From: Syntrophomonadaceae bacterium
GTDB lineage: Bacteria > Bacillota > Syntrophomonadia > Syntrophomonadales > Syntrophomonadaceae
Length of the DNA: 63,488 nucleotides
NCBI GenBank assembly: GCA_036725705.1
Contig: DAIMDR010000001.1
Span: forward strand, 1-63,488
Direction: 5' to 3'
Of this stretch, positions 10,013 through 17,877 are shown piece by piece. Position numbers and translations under genes: made by a program. Every line of letters starts with the position of its first letter. The first letter of the stretch is position 1. The notes below the pieces were generated by a model that saw only the letters and a program-made list of their open reading frames with translations, ran no database searches and had not been told where the DNA came from.

Positions 10013-11467
10013 CTAGTTAATGGCAAACTGGCTGATGGTTTTCTTGTCAGGAGTCATAACATGGATAGCACAGCCTAAACAAGGGTCAAAGGACCGTACT
10101 ATTCTAACCAATTCAACCGGATTATTAGGATCGGCAACCCTGGTTCCGATTATTGCCTGTTCCATAGGTCCACGAACGGCACTGGCCCCGCTTCCGGTTC
10201 TGGGTCCGGCATTCCAGGTTGTAGGAACAACTGCATTATATACCATGGTGCGTCCATCGCTGCTGATGCGGTGCCAATGGCCTAATGCTCCACGGGAACC
10301 TTCACACAACCCCATTCCCACAACTTCCTTGTCAGGTAATTTATGCGGCGTACATACCGGCTTTCCAGGTTCCAGTTGCAACACCCATTTTTCCATCTCT
10401 TTGGCCATTTTGGCAGTTTCAATTGCCCGGGCAAAATGGCGTCCCATTACTGAGAAGGCTTTATCACCCAGAGCAGCTACATCCGGGTCTTTCATTATCC
10501 ATTGGCGGGCCAGAGGACCAACTTCCATGGCTTCACCGTTGTAACGCGGCGATTTCATCCAGGAATAAGCACCCTTCTTGTCCACATCAGGGCTGATAAC
10601 AGCTACATCAGGAGTTGTGCCATTAGTATCATCCTTGTACCAGGAATAAGTTACTTCCTCGGTGATCATATTGGCATCAACTTCGCCAAAACGGCCTCTG
10701 ATATAAGTTCCTGACTTGAAATACTTTTCTTTGTTTAAGTGATTCATTCCCTCTTCCTGAGGATAACCACCATAAGACAGCATATTCCTGCAACCGACTC
10801 CTATAGCAAACCAGTCAGCATAAGCTCCTGCTACCGCTTTAACGGTGGGAATATATTTATTATCAATAAAGGCCTGCATTTCTTTTAGCAAATTTATAAA
10901 CCGATATATTTTTGAAGTATCGGGCACTTCAGATACGCCACCAGGTACAATCGCCTGAACATGAGGCATCTTTCCGCCCCAGATAGCCAGCATTTCCTGG
11001 GCTTTACGCCGAATAGTCAATGCTTCCAGATAGGTGTTGACTGCCTCAGCATTTACATCATCCGGCAAACGATAATCTGCTTCATACCGCGGCTTAAATG
11101 GAGCAATATCCGGCCCTTTTACATAATCGAGAGCTGCCAGGTGAAAGAAATGAAGAATATTGGACTGAATCAGATTGGAACTCAAAATAAGGTTTCTAAT
11201 AATACGTCCGTTAGGAGGCGGTTCAATGCCAAACGCATCATCCAACGCTAAAATTCCGGCAGTCGCATGGGCTGTAGGACACACTCCACAAATTCTTTGC
11301 ATTATCTGTTCAGAATCACGCGGATCTCTGCCCTGCATGATAAGCTCCAGACCACGCCACAATGTTCCCGATGTCCAAGCATCAACTACTACACCGCCAT
11401 CAACTTCTACCTCCAGTTTGAGATGACCTTCGATTCTGGTTACTGGATCAACAACGATTCTCGCCAT
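10013..11467 (-). CDS. [NiFe] hydrogenase large subunit
   Basis: N-terminal RIEGH and RICGVCPTAH motifs and a C-terminal DPCLGCAIH motif. A 15-aa extension (VMTPDKKTISQFAIN) follows, which is expected to be removed by the endopeptidase. The start overlaps the small-subunit stop (TAATG). Confidence 0.93.
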   Translation of the reverse strand: MARIVVDPVTRIEGHLKLEVEVDGGVVVDAWTSGTLWRGLELIMQGRDPRDSEQIMQRICGVCPTAHATAGILALDDAFGIEPPPNGRIIRNLILSSNLIQSNILHFFHLAALDYVKGPDIAPFKPRYEADYRLPDDVNAEAVNTYLEALTIRRKAQEMLAIWGGKMPHVQAIVPGGVSEVPDTSKIYRFINLLKEMQAFIDNKYIPTVKAVAGAYADWFAIGVGCRNMLSYGGYPQEEGMNHLNKEKYFKSGTYIRGRFGEVDANMITEEVTYSWYKDDTNGTTPDVAVISPDVDKKGAYSWMKSPRYNGEAMEVGPLARQWIMKDPDVAALGDKAFSVMGRHFARAIETAKMAKEMEKWVLQLEPGKPVCTPHKLPDKEVVGMGLCEGSRGALGHWHRISSDGRTMVYNAVVPTTWNAGPRTGSGASAVRGPMEQAIIGTRVADPNNPVELVRIVRSFDPCLGCAIHVMTPDKKTISQFAIN

Positions 11468-12537
11468 TAGTCCTCACCTACTTTCACATCTTCTTCATTT
11501 TCTTTGCCAGGACCAATTCTGCCGGCTAATATATTGCCAGTCAAATGTCCACCAATTCCCAGTACCGTAGCTGCACCCAGAACTAATCCAACCTGATCGG
11601 CGGTAACACTGCTGGCGGGCCCAACCGGCACTTCCGGAACTCTCTCATACATAGGCCAACCCGGGAATTGCGGTTCGGTACAACCTATGCAAACTGAACC
11701 ACACTGAACGCACCAGTTGGTACCATTATTCCATAACCTTGTGGTGGCATCACAATGAGCAAATGGTCCCTTGCAACCCAATTCCAGCATACATCCCATT
11801 TCTCCAAAGGTTTTCGCAAAAATTCCATTGTCAAAATACTGCCTTCTCTGGCAATTATCATGAATTATAGTATTAAAAAACATCTTGGGTCGACCAAATG
11901 AATCCAAATCCGGAATTTCATTATATAGCAGAACATGAGCTATGGTACCTACCATCCAATCAGGATGAGGCGGACAACCAGGCACATTGATTATTGGTAC
12001 ATCTTTGATAACAGAACCGACTGGCACACAATTAGTCGGATTAGGTGGAGTAGCCGGAACACCGCCATAGGCTGAGCAAGTTCCAAAGTTTAATATAGCA
12101 CTGGCCTTGCTGCCAACATCTTTTAACAACTTTTCAAATACAACATGATGCCCGTCTTCTTCCCCTACCATACAAAAGCGTCCATCGGCACCTAAAGGTA
12201 CAGCACCTTCTACGACCAGGTAGAATTTACCAGCGTTCTCCTCCGCCACCTTGTAAACGGCTTCTTTGAGAGCCAGGTCTCCGGCAGCAGCGCTGATATT
12301 GGGATGATAGGTCAAGCTGATAACTTCGGTTAAAACTTTTTGAATATCGGGATGCACAGTATTCAACAAGGATATAGAACATCCGGTACAGGAAGCTCCC
12401 TGAATCCAGATAACTGGTGGTGCTCCAGCTGCTACTGCCTCAGCCATAAACGGGGCCAAATACCCTGACAGTGATATGGCAGCAGCCGATCCTGCACATA
12501 GTTTCACAAAGTCGCGTCGACTCAGTTTACTAGGCAT
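11467..12537 (-). CDS. [NiFe] hydrogenase small subunit with a Tat signal peptide and a C-terminal membrane anchor
   Basis: Twin-arginine signal MPSKLSRRDFVKLCAGSAAA. The Cys-rich FeS cluster pattern is present. The C-terminal hydrophobic helix is GLVLGAATVLGIGGHL. Confidence 0.92.
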   Translation of the reverse strand: MPSKLSRRDFVKLCAGSAAAISLSGYLAPFMAEAVAAGAPPVIWIQGASCTGCSISLLNTVHPDIQKVLTEVISLTYHPNISAAAGDLALKEAVYKVAEENAGKFYLVVEGAVPLGADGRFCMVGEEDGHHVVFEKLLKDVGSKASAILNFGTCSAYGGVPATPPNPTNCVPVGSVIKDVPIINVPGCPPHPDWMVGTIAHVLLYNEIPDLDSFGRPKMFFNTIIHDNCQRRQYFDNGIFAKTFGEMGCMLELGCKGPFAHCDATTRLWNNGTNWCVQCGSVCIGCTEPQFPGWPMYERVPEVPVGPASSVTADQVGLVLGAATVLGIGGHLTGNILAGRIGPGKENEEDVKVGED

Positions 12538-12704
12538 TTAACTCATTCCCCCCAACATAAATTATTACTAATTCATCAGATCTGTTCTAATCCCAATCAA
12601 GTGACTTTTACCGCAATATGCCATTGTCAATAAAATTAACTCCGGCAAATATATTGAGCAGCAGGTCAGTCACTTTAGCCATTATTGGCTTTCTCTATCT
12701 ATAT

Positions 12705-13364
12705 TTAAGCCCGCTTGGCGCTCACCTCCCTTAAAAGCCACTCGTTCCAATCATTTATGCCCTCACCGGTCCGCCCCGAAACTAAAAATAATGGAGCCGA
12801 AGGGTTGATCCGGGCTAAATCTTCCCTGAACCGTTCCAAACTAAAATCGGTATAAGGCAGCAAGTCAATTTTATTCAGTAAAATAACTCCTGCTTCCCTG
12901 AAAATCAGCGGATATTTGGTTAATTTATCATTACCCTCGGCAGTACTCATAACTACTGCTTTTAAGTCTTCCCCCAGGTCGAATTCAGCCGGGCAAACCA
13001 GATTACCAACATTTTCAATGAAAAGTAAATCCAGATCATCGCCGGGTAATTCCTGAAAAGCTTTATCTACCATTCCGGCATCCAGGTGACAGGCCCCCTC
13101 AGTATTAATCTGAATTACCCGCACCCCTTTATTTTCAATTCGCTGAGCATCCTGATCCGTATACAGATCGCCCTCAATAACACCTAATTTAAGCCGGCCA
13201 TTTAAACTATCAATGGTTTTCTCCAGAATGGTTGTTTTACCGGAACCCGGAGAACTCATTAAATTAATAACCAGCAACCCCTGCGCAGAAAATATATTAC
13301 GATTTTTACGGGCCAGCAGCTCATTAGCCCCGAGTATATTATGTTCCAGCCGCACTTTTACCAT
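12705..13364 (-). CDS. hypB: Hydrogenase nickel-incorporation GTPase HypB
   Basis: P-loop SSPGSGKTT, metal-binding EGACHLDA and NKIDL are present. The ATG at 13364 has the RBS GAAGGAGAC 7 nt upstream. The track ORF start at 13382 lies inside the end of hypA. Confidence 0.92.
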   Translation of the reverse strand: MVKVRLEHNILGANELLARKNRNIFSAQGLLVINLMSSPGSGKTTILEKTIDSLNGRLKLGVIEGDLYTDQDAQRIENKGVRVIQINTEGACHLDAGMVDKAFQELPGDDLDLLFIENVGNLVCPAEFDLGEDLKAVVMSTAEGNDKLTKYPLIFREAGVILLNKIDLLPYTDFSLERFREDLARINPSAPLFLVSGRTGEGINDWNEWLLREVSAKRA

Positions 13365-13368
13365 GGTT

Positions 13369-13716
13369 TCAGTCTCCTTCATAATAATCCAGATACAGCT
13401 CCCGTCCCTGGATTATATCTACCTGATTTGAGCCACATCCCGAACAGACGAATATATGCTGTTCCTGGCGGGTAAACAGCTGCTGACACTGCTGGCAACT
13501 GCATATAACTTCCTTTTCCTCTATTTCCAGAACTGCTCCCTGAAACAGGTCTTCGCCGGCACTGATTACCTCAAAAGCAAACAGCATACTATCCGGCAGG
13601 ACCATGGACAACTTGCCTACCACCAATCCGACTTTGCTGACCTTGCTGATGCTATTCGCCGCGGCACTGTCTCTGACTGCATCCATTACTCCCTGCATTA
13701 ACGCCAGTTCATGCAA
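13369..13716 (-). CDS. hypA: Hydrogenase nickel-insertion protein HypA
   Basis: 115 aa with the N-terminus MHELALMQ (the Ni-binding MHE motif) and the zinc site CSCQQC ... CSGCGS. Confidence 0.92.
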   Translation of the reverse strand: MHELALMQGVMDAVRDSAAANSISKVSKVGLVVGKLSMVLPDSMLFAFEVISAGEDLFQGAVLEIEEKEVICSCQQCQQLFTRQEQHIFVCSGCGSNQVDIIQGRELYLDYYEGD

Positions 13717-13764
13717 ATCAAATTCCTCCCGGGTTAGTACTATTTATTATTCGGTTATTAACAT

Positions 13765-13956
13765 AAAAAAAATCCAGCAACGAAATGCTGGACTCCTTAG
13801 CGCACCAATATTAACCTGATATCTTTCATAGATATCCTTATCAGCCGCCTGACTCAGCATCTCCTTTTCACAATGGAAGGCACACTCGTTTCCCAATGCA
13901 CCCAATAACCTGATATCATAGTGTTCATCACCTGCAGATACTCAGGCTCGGAGAAT
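13765..13956 (-). promoter_or_regulatory. Riboswitch-like leader unit B (hypA-proximal): Moco/Tuco-like core plus intrinsic terminator
   Basis: On the minus strand the core spans 13956-13860: ATTCTCCGAGCC...ATGATATCAGGTTATTGGGTGCA...TGTGCCTTCCATTGTGAAAAGGAGATGCTGAG. The 5' TCTCC can pair with the 3' GGAGA. The terminator TCCAGCA-TTTCGT-TGCTGGA plus T8 spans 13793-13765, 49 nt before the hypA ATG. Confidence 0.6.
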
Positions 13957-13975
13957 AGCTCCTTATAATGTTTCA

Positions 13976-14188
13976 TAAAATAATCCGGCAACGAAATGCC
14001 GGACATCATAGCACACCAATATTAAACATGATACCTTTCTTAGGTACACTTATCAGCTGCCTGAACTCAGCATCTCCTTTTACAATTAAAGGCCCACCCG
14101 TACTTGTTTTCACAATACACTTTTTCTCAGTGTGGCCTATGGCCTGATAATATCAGTGTTCATCACTTTATATTCAGACCGGGAGAAC
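13976..14188 (-). promoter_or_regulatory. Riboswitch-like leader unit C (distal): Moco/Tuco-like core plus intrinsic terminator
   Basis: On the minus strand the core spans 14188-14073: GTTCTCCCGGTCT...GATATTATCAGGCCATAGGCC...GGGCCTTTAATTGTAAAAGGAGATGCTGAG. It carries an extra internal hairpin (ACAC-TGAGAAAAA-GTGT). The terminator TCCGGCA-TTTCGT-TGCCGGA plus TTATTTT spans 14004-13976. Confidence 0.55.
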
Positions 14189-14415
14189 AGAGTATTATTT
14201 TTTAATTAGATCAGTATACTATCTTCGTTAAAAGATATAAAACTCCTGCAAAAAAAGACTTATTCACAATTTTTATTTAAAATTAACATATTTTAGTTTT
14301 TATTATCTTTTTTTATAGTTTATATTAATTATTATAATATTAACTACATAATTATATCAAGAGGGAAATAAGGTGCAAGGGGAAATGGACAACAGGACTT
14401 TGAGGCTGCTAAAAT

Positions 14416-14564
14416 AGTATTATAAATATCATTCTGAGGAGCTGATGGCTACGAAGGGTCTTTCTTGGTATTCCGTAATATTGGATATTCAGGCAACGGA
14501 GTCCCCCTAAGGTACTACTGATACACCCTGATTGGGTATAATTAATGCTGCTTCACTATCGTTT
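14416..14564 (-). repeat. Diverged, internally shortened copy of the structured repeat family seen at 27.9-28.4 kb
   Basis: The plus strand here aligns to the reverse complement of the 28-kb copies. Shared blocks are AGTAyyATAAATrTCATyCTGAGGAGCT, ACGAAGG, CCGTAATATTGG, CCCCCTAAGG, GATACACCCTG, TAATTAATG and CTTCACTATCGTT. Confidence 0.7.
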
Positions 14565-14597
14565 TAGAAAGCCATTGAAAGAGTACTCTTTCAATGG
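14563..14597 (-). terminator. Putative terminator of the metal-transporter operon
   Basis: Perfect 12-bp stem CCATTGAAAGAG/CTCTTTCAATGG with a 2-nt loop (14572-14597). It sits 19 nt after the stop at 14616 and is followed on the minus strand by CTTTCT, a weak U-run. Confidence 0.5.
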
Positions 14598-14615
14598 TCT
14601 CGGGCTTCGTCTGCT

Positions 14616-15431
14616 CTAGCCATGAACATAATAATGGTTATGTTCTTCTTCCCCATGAACATGACAGTATTCATCAATCAGATTAACTGACATCAGCAGG
14701 GACTTATTGGTCAGAGCCTCATGGCTGGGTCCGTCAAAGACCAACTGATGATCTTCCGACAGTACCAGAGCGCGTTTGGATATGGCATGGGCAAGTTCCA
14801 GATTATGCGTAGCGGTTATTATGGTTCTTCCCCTTTTATTCAGTTCCAGCAGCAATTCAATTAACCAGCGCTGGGTTTTAGGATCCAATCCATTAGTAGG
14901 TTCATCGAGAATCAATACCTCGGGATTAAGAATTAATGTGGAGGCCACTGCCACCTTTTTCTTTTCTCCTCCACTCAGGTGATAAGGCGAGCGATCTGCC
15001 AGGCTTTGTAAATTAAGCAGGTTAAGCACATCTTCTACCCGGGAAGCTATGTCCTGCTTGTTTAACCCCAGTTGCCGGGGTCCATAAGCTATCTCATCCC
15101 AAACCCGGGTGTTAAAAAGCTGGGCTTCAGAATTCTGAAAAATAAAACCTACCCGACGATGATATCTTTGAGCAACCCGGTTATCTTCCATAAGGCCTTC
15201 ACTTATTTCCTGCCCAAAAGCATATAAACGACCGGCGCAGGGAAAAGCCAGACCGCAAAATATCTTTAATAAAGTTGATTTTCCTGAGCCATTGGCGCCC
15301 AGCAGGCAGACACTCTCACCGCCCGCTATCTTCAGACTCAGATTATTAAAAAGATTATCCCCGCTACCATAACTAAAGGCAATTCCATCTAAAACAAAAA
15401 CAGTATTATTCAAAAAAAGAAGGCCTCCCAT
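14616..15431 (-). CDS. cbiO: ECF/CbiO-type ABC transporter ATP-binding protein (cobalt/nickel importer ATPase)
   Basis: Walker A GANGSGKST, signature LSGGEKKK and Walker B LILDEPT are present. The start is uncertain. The ATG at 15431 gives a family-typical N-terminus, whereas the track ORF uses a TTG at 15473 that overlaps cbiQ. Confidence 0.85.
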   Translation of the reverse strand: MGGLLFLNNTVFVLDGIAFSYGSGDNLFNNLSLKIAGGESVCLLGANGSGKSTLLKIFCGLAFPCAGRLYAFGQEISEGLMEDNRVAQRYHRRVGFIFQNSEAQLFNTRVWDEIAYGPRQLGLNKQDIASRVEDVLNLLNLQSLADRSPYHLSGGEKKKVAVASTLILNPEVLILDEPTNGLDPKTQRWLIELLLELNKRGRTIITATHNLELAHAISKRALVLSEDHQLVFDGPSHEALTNKSLLMSVNLIDEYCHVHGEEEHNHYYVHG

Positions 15432-15465
15432 GCAAGCAAGTTCAATTACTAAAAACTTAGCATAT

Positions 15466-16350
15466 CTAAGCAATTAGTTCCAGTTGCCCGCATTCATCCA
15501 ATACTGCTTCGGGAATTGATCCGGTATAACAACGGGCGCACATGGCCTGATATACTTCCTCGGAAAGATTCATACTGCGATCAAATAGTGCCGCTATGGA
15601 AGATCCCACCTGGGCTTGCCGGCTTCGAAGCGCCAGATGTCCAACTGTACGAATTTTGCGGGCTTCAAACATTTCAATGGAAATTGACAGCAATACCATC
15701 AGATAGCGGTAGGTCATTTCCAGAATCATAATGAATAAATCCGGTACCCGCAAAACCCGTAACGATTTAAATATATCGGTTACCGGGGTAGTCATAATCA
15801 GCAATACACCCAGTGATAACGACAACCCCACCCGTAAAAACAAAAAGGTTACGGAGATGACCCCCTGCCGGCTTATAAAAATTGTCGCCGGCCAGTTTAT
15901 GCCCAGCCAATGGCCGGGCTGTTCAGATTGAAACAATACTATAAGCGGGGTACCGTCAATAAAAATATTAAGAGTCATGGGCATGGTAAAAAGCAATGTA
16001 ATGAGGGGAATAAATCCCCAAATTCGCTTCTGCATCATCAGAACCGGTAACCGGGAAAGATGCATAAGCAACATCGTCATTAATAACATAGCGAGCAATA
16101 CCGGTATCTGCCTGCTCAGACTAATTCCCAGAATAAGAATGATCATACTGACTAATTTCAGTTCAGGGCTAAATTTTTGTAATAGTCCATCACGTTTGGC
16201 CATATGCTCAGTTTGCATAGCTTCACAAATAACCTTACGCATATTGCGGATACTTTTAATCAGGTAATGGTTATTACCGGTTTTAAATGCAGTTGGGTTT
16301 TTATCTTTAAAATCAGACTCATTCATCCAGTCCGGAAGCAACATGCCCAT
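15466..16350 (-). CDS. cbiQ: ECF transporter transmembrane (T) component, CbiQ/NikQ-like
   Basis: 294-aa polytopic membrane protein located between the M/N components and the ATPase. The C-terminal region shows the conserved Arg-containing coupling-helix pattern (EARKIR). Confidence 0.8.
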   Translation of the reverse strand: MGMLLPDWMNESDFKDKNPTAFKTGNNHYLIKSIRNMRKVICEAMQTEHMAKRDGLLQKFSPELKLVSMIILILGISLSRQIPVLLAMLLMTMLLMHLSRLPVLMMQKRIWGFIPLITLLFTMPMTLNIFIDGTPLIVLFQSEQPGHWLGINWPATIFISRQGVISVTFLFLRVGLSLSLGVLLIMTTPVTDIFKSLRVLRVPDLFIMILEMTYRYLMVLLSISIEMFEARKIRTVGHLALRSRQAQVGSSIAALFDRSMNLSEEVYQAMCARCYTGSIPEAVLDECGQLELIA

Positions 16351-16367
16351 AACCCTTTCAATTATAT

Positions 16368-16682
16368 TTAATCTCTGACTACTTTGTATAACAGGCTGAC
16401 CACGGCTACCACCAGAGCTACACCAACTATTGCCGATAAAATATAACCACCGGCTGATTGTATAAAAGTAGCATCCATACCTGGAATGGCATAATCAGGC
16501 AGTGGACTTAAGGTCCAGATCTCAGCAAATCTTTCCAAACCGGCCGGAATAAAACCGACCTCCCCGGGTAATTCATCCAGGCCCCATTCACCAAATGCTG
16601 TTCCGGTTGCTAATAAACCCAGGGGGGATAAAATTATAAAGGCTCCCAGGACCAGCCATAAATTACGATAGCTTTTAAACAT
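16368..16682 (-). CDS. PDGLE-domain small membrane protein (CbiN/NikN-like partner of CbiM/NikM)
   Basis: 104 aa with two TM helices flanking FGEWGLDELPGE...PLPDYAIPG (PDGLE-type motif). The start overlaps the cbiM stop. Confidence 0.7.
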   Translation of the reverse strand: MFKSYRNLWLVLGAFIILSPLGLLATGTAFGEWGLDELPGEVGFIPAGLERFAEIWTLSPLPDYAIPGMDATFIQSAGGYILSAIVGVALVVAVVSLLYKVVRD

Positions 16683-17397
16683 GCTTCTCTACCCCCAGAT
16701 CATCAATTTTCACGCCATTGGAAAACCTCTGCGCCAGTACGGCCGGATAATTTTTACCCACAAACCATAAACCAGCTGCTGTTACTAATCCCTCTACCGG
16801 ACCGGCCAGGATCAGATGTTCACTCATCATGGCTATCACCGCCACCTTCAAAGGGACCGGAAAGAATAAAGGAGTCCCGTCAGCCGCCTGAAACAGATGG
16901 TACTGAGAGCCAAATTCCACCGCTGTAAATAAAGCGGCTATATTTAATCCAACATAACCGGCAATAAAAGCTGCTGCCATCGCCCGCCCCGACAGATTAT
17001 CGGCATTGCCTTTAATCAGCCTGTAAGTCAGATATCCCACCCAGGGCATGATAAAAGCCATATTAAAACAGTTCGCCCCCACAGCCAGGACACCACCGTC
17101 GCCAAATATTAAAGCCTGAATTATCAAGGCCGTAGACACACCTATACAGGCTGCCCACGGCCCAAGAAGTATGGCCAGCAACACTGCTCCTACCGCATGA
17201 GCCGAGCTTCCTCCCGGTATAGGAAGATTGAACATCATAATCGTAAAAGAAAAGGCTGCTCCAATAGCCAGTACCGGGATATCTTTCTTTTTAACTTCCG
17301 ACTGCACTTTCTTTACCGCAATTCCCCAGAGTGGAACCATGGCAACTACAAAAGGAATAGCTGTTTGCGGACTTAAATAACCATCCGGTATGTGCAT
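16675..17397 (-). CDS. cbiM: CbiM/NikM substrate-capture component of a Co/Ni ECF importer; probably nickel-specific given the flanking hydrogenase genes
   Basis: The N-terminus MHIPDGYLSP is the metal-chelating N-terminus typical of CbiM/NikM. 240 aa, polytopic. The RBS is AAGGGAGGG. Confidence 0.88.
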   Translation of the reverse strand: MHIPDGYLSPQTAIPFVVAMVPLWGIAVKKVQSEVKKKDIPVLAIGAAFSFTIMMFNLPIPGGSSAHAVGAVLLAILLGPWAACIGVSTALIIQALIFGDGGVLAVGANCFNMAFIMPWVGYLTYRLIKGNADNLSGRAMAAAFIAGYVGLNIAALFTAVEFGSQYHLFQAADGTPLFFPVPLKVAVIAMMSEHLILAGPVEGLVTAAGLWFVGKNYPAVLAQRFSNGVKIDDLGVEKHV

Positions 17398-17452
17398 TAT
17401 AATCCCTCCCTTAATTTAATCCGGTAAAAGAAATGTTTCCTTTTTTAAACCA

Positions 17453-17573
17453 GACAAAAAACCATGAAGGCATTAACCCCACTGGTCGGTTAATACCTTC
17501 ATGGTAATGATAAAAAACTAATTGGTTTTTAAATAAAAGGAAACTTATTTGAATAACTGCACCTTCATGGTGC
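17453..17573 (-). promoter_or_regulatory. Leader with terminator/antiterminator alternative structures upstream of cbiM/nikM
   Basis: On the minus strand an 18-bp terminator stem ACCATGAAGGTATTAACC/GGTTAATGCCTTCATGGT plus T5 spans 17505-17453. An upstream hairpin GCACC-ATGAA-GGTGC (17573-17559) carries a third copy of CCATGAAGG, which could compete for the terminator 3' arm. Confidence 0.5.
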
Positions 17574-17669
17574 CATTTAAGCCTTTTATTCTACATTTTC
17601 AACAAATCCCCTGCCCGATAACCGGTTTTATGTAAATATTTCTTTTATTTAATAATAATCAGAGTTAAC

Positions 17670-17698
17670 TTGTCAGCTATAAAAATTGATGTTAAACT
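17670..17698 (+). promoter_or_regulatory. Candidate sigma-A-type promoter for the hydA leader
   Basis: -35 TTGTCA (17670-17675), a 17-nt spacer and -10 TAAACT (17693-17698) with an extended TGT. It lies about 180 nt upstream of the riboswitch-like core, so the assignment is tentative. Confidence 0.3.
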
Positions 17699-17877
17699 GG
17701 CATAAAAGCAAATATTTATACTTACTATTATTATATAACATAACATGAAGCAGTATGAAACTGCTTTAAAGCAATGCTTCTACCAAACCATTTCCTGCTG
17801 ACCTGCCTTAACAAAAAGCAGGTTGTCCTCAAAATATATCCATGAAGGATTAAATGTAACCAGAATTTAATAGCACC

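Noticed and set aside
10013-11467. Possible [NiFeSe] hydrogenase (in-frame TGA for selenocysteine) in the large subunit, which is rather short at 484 aa.
   Set aside because: The ORF is uninterrupted and the C-terminal metal-binding motif reads DPCLGCAIH with ordinary Cys codons. The short length alone is not evidence of anything unusual without an alignment.
14434-14457. Hammerhead-like string CTGAGGAG...CGAAGG in the repeat family.
   Set aside because: The segment between the two boxes does not form a conserved stem II in the different copies (GCTGATGGCTA versus GCTACAGGGA). The flanking stems I and III are also not evident.
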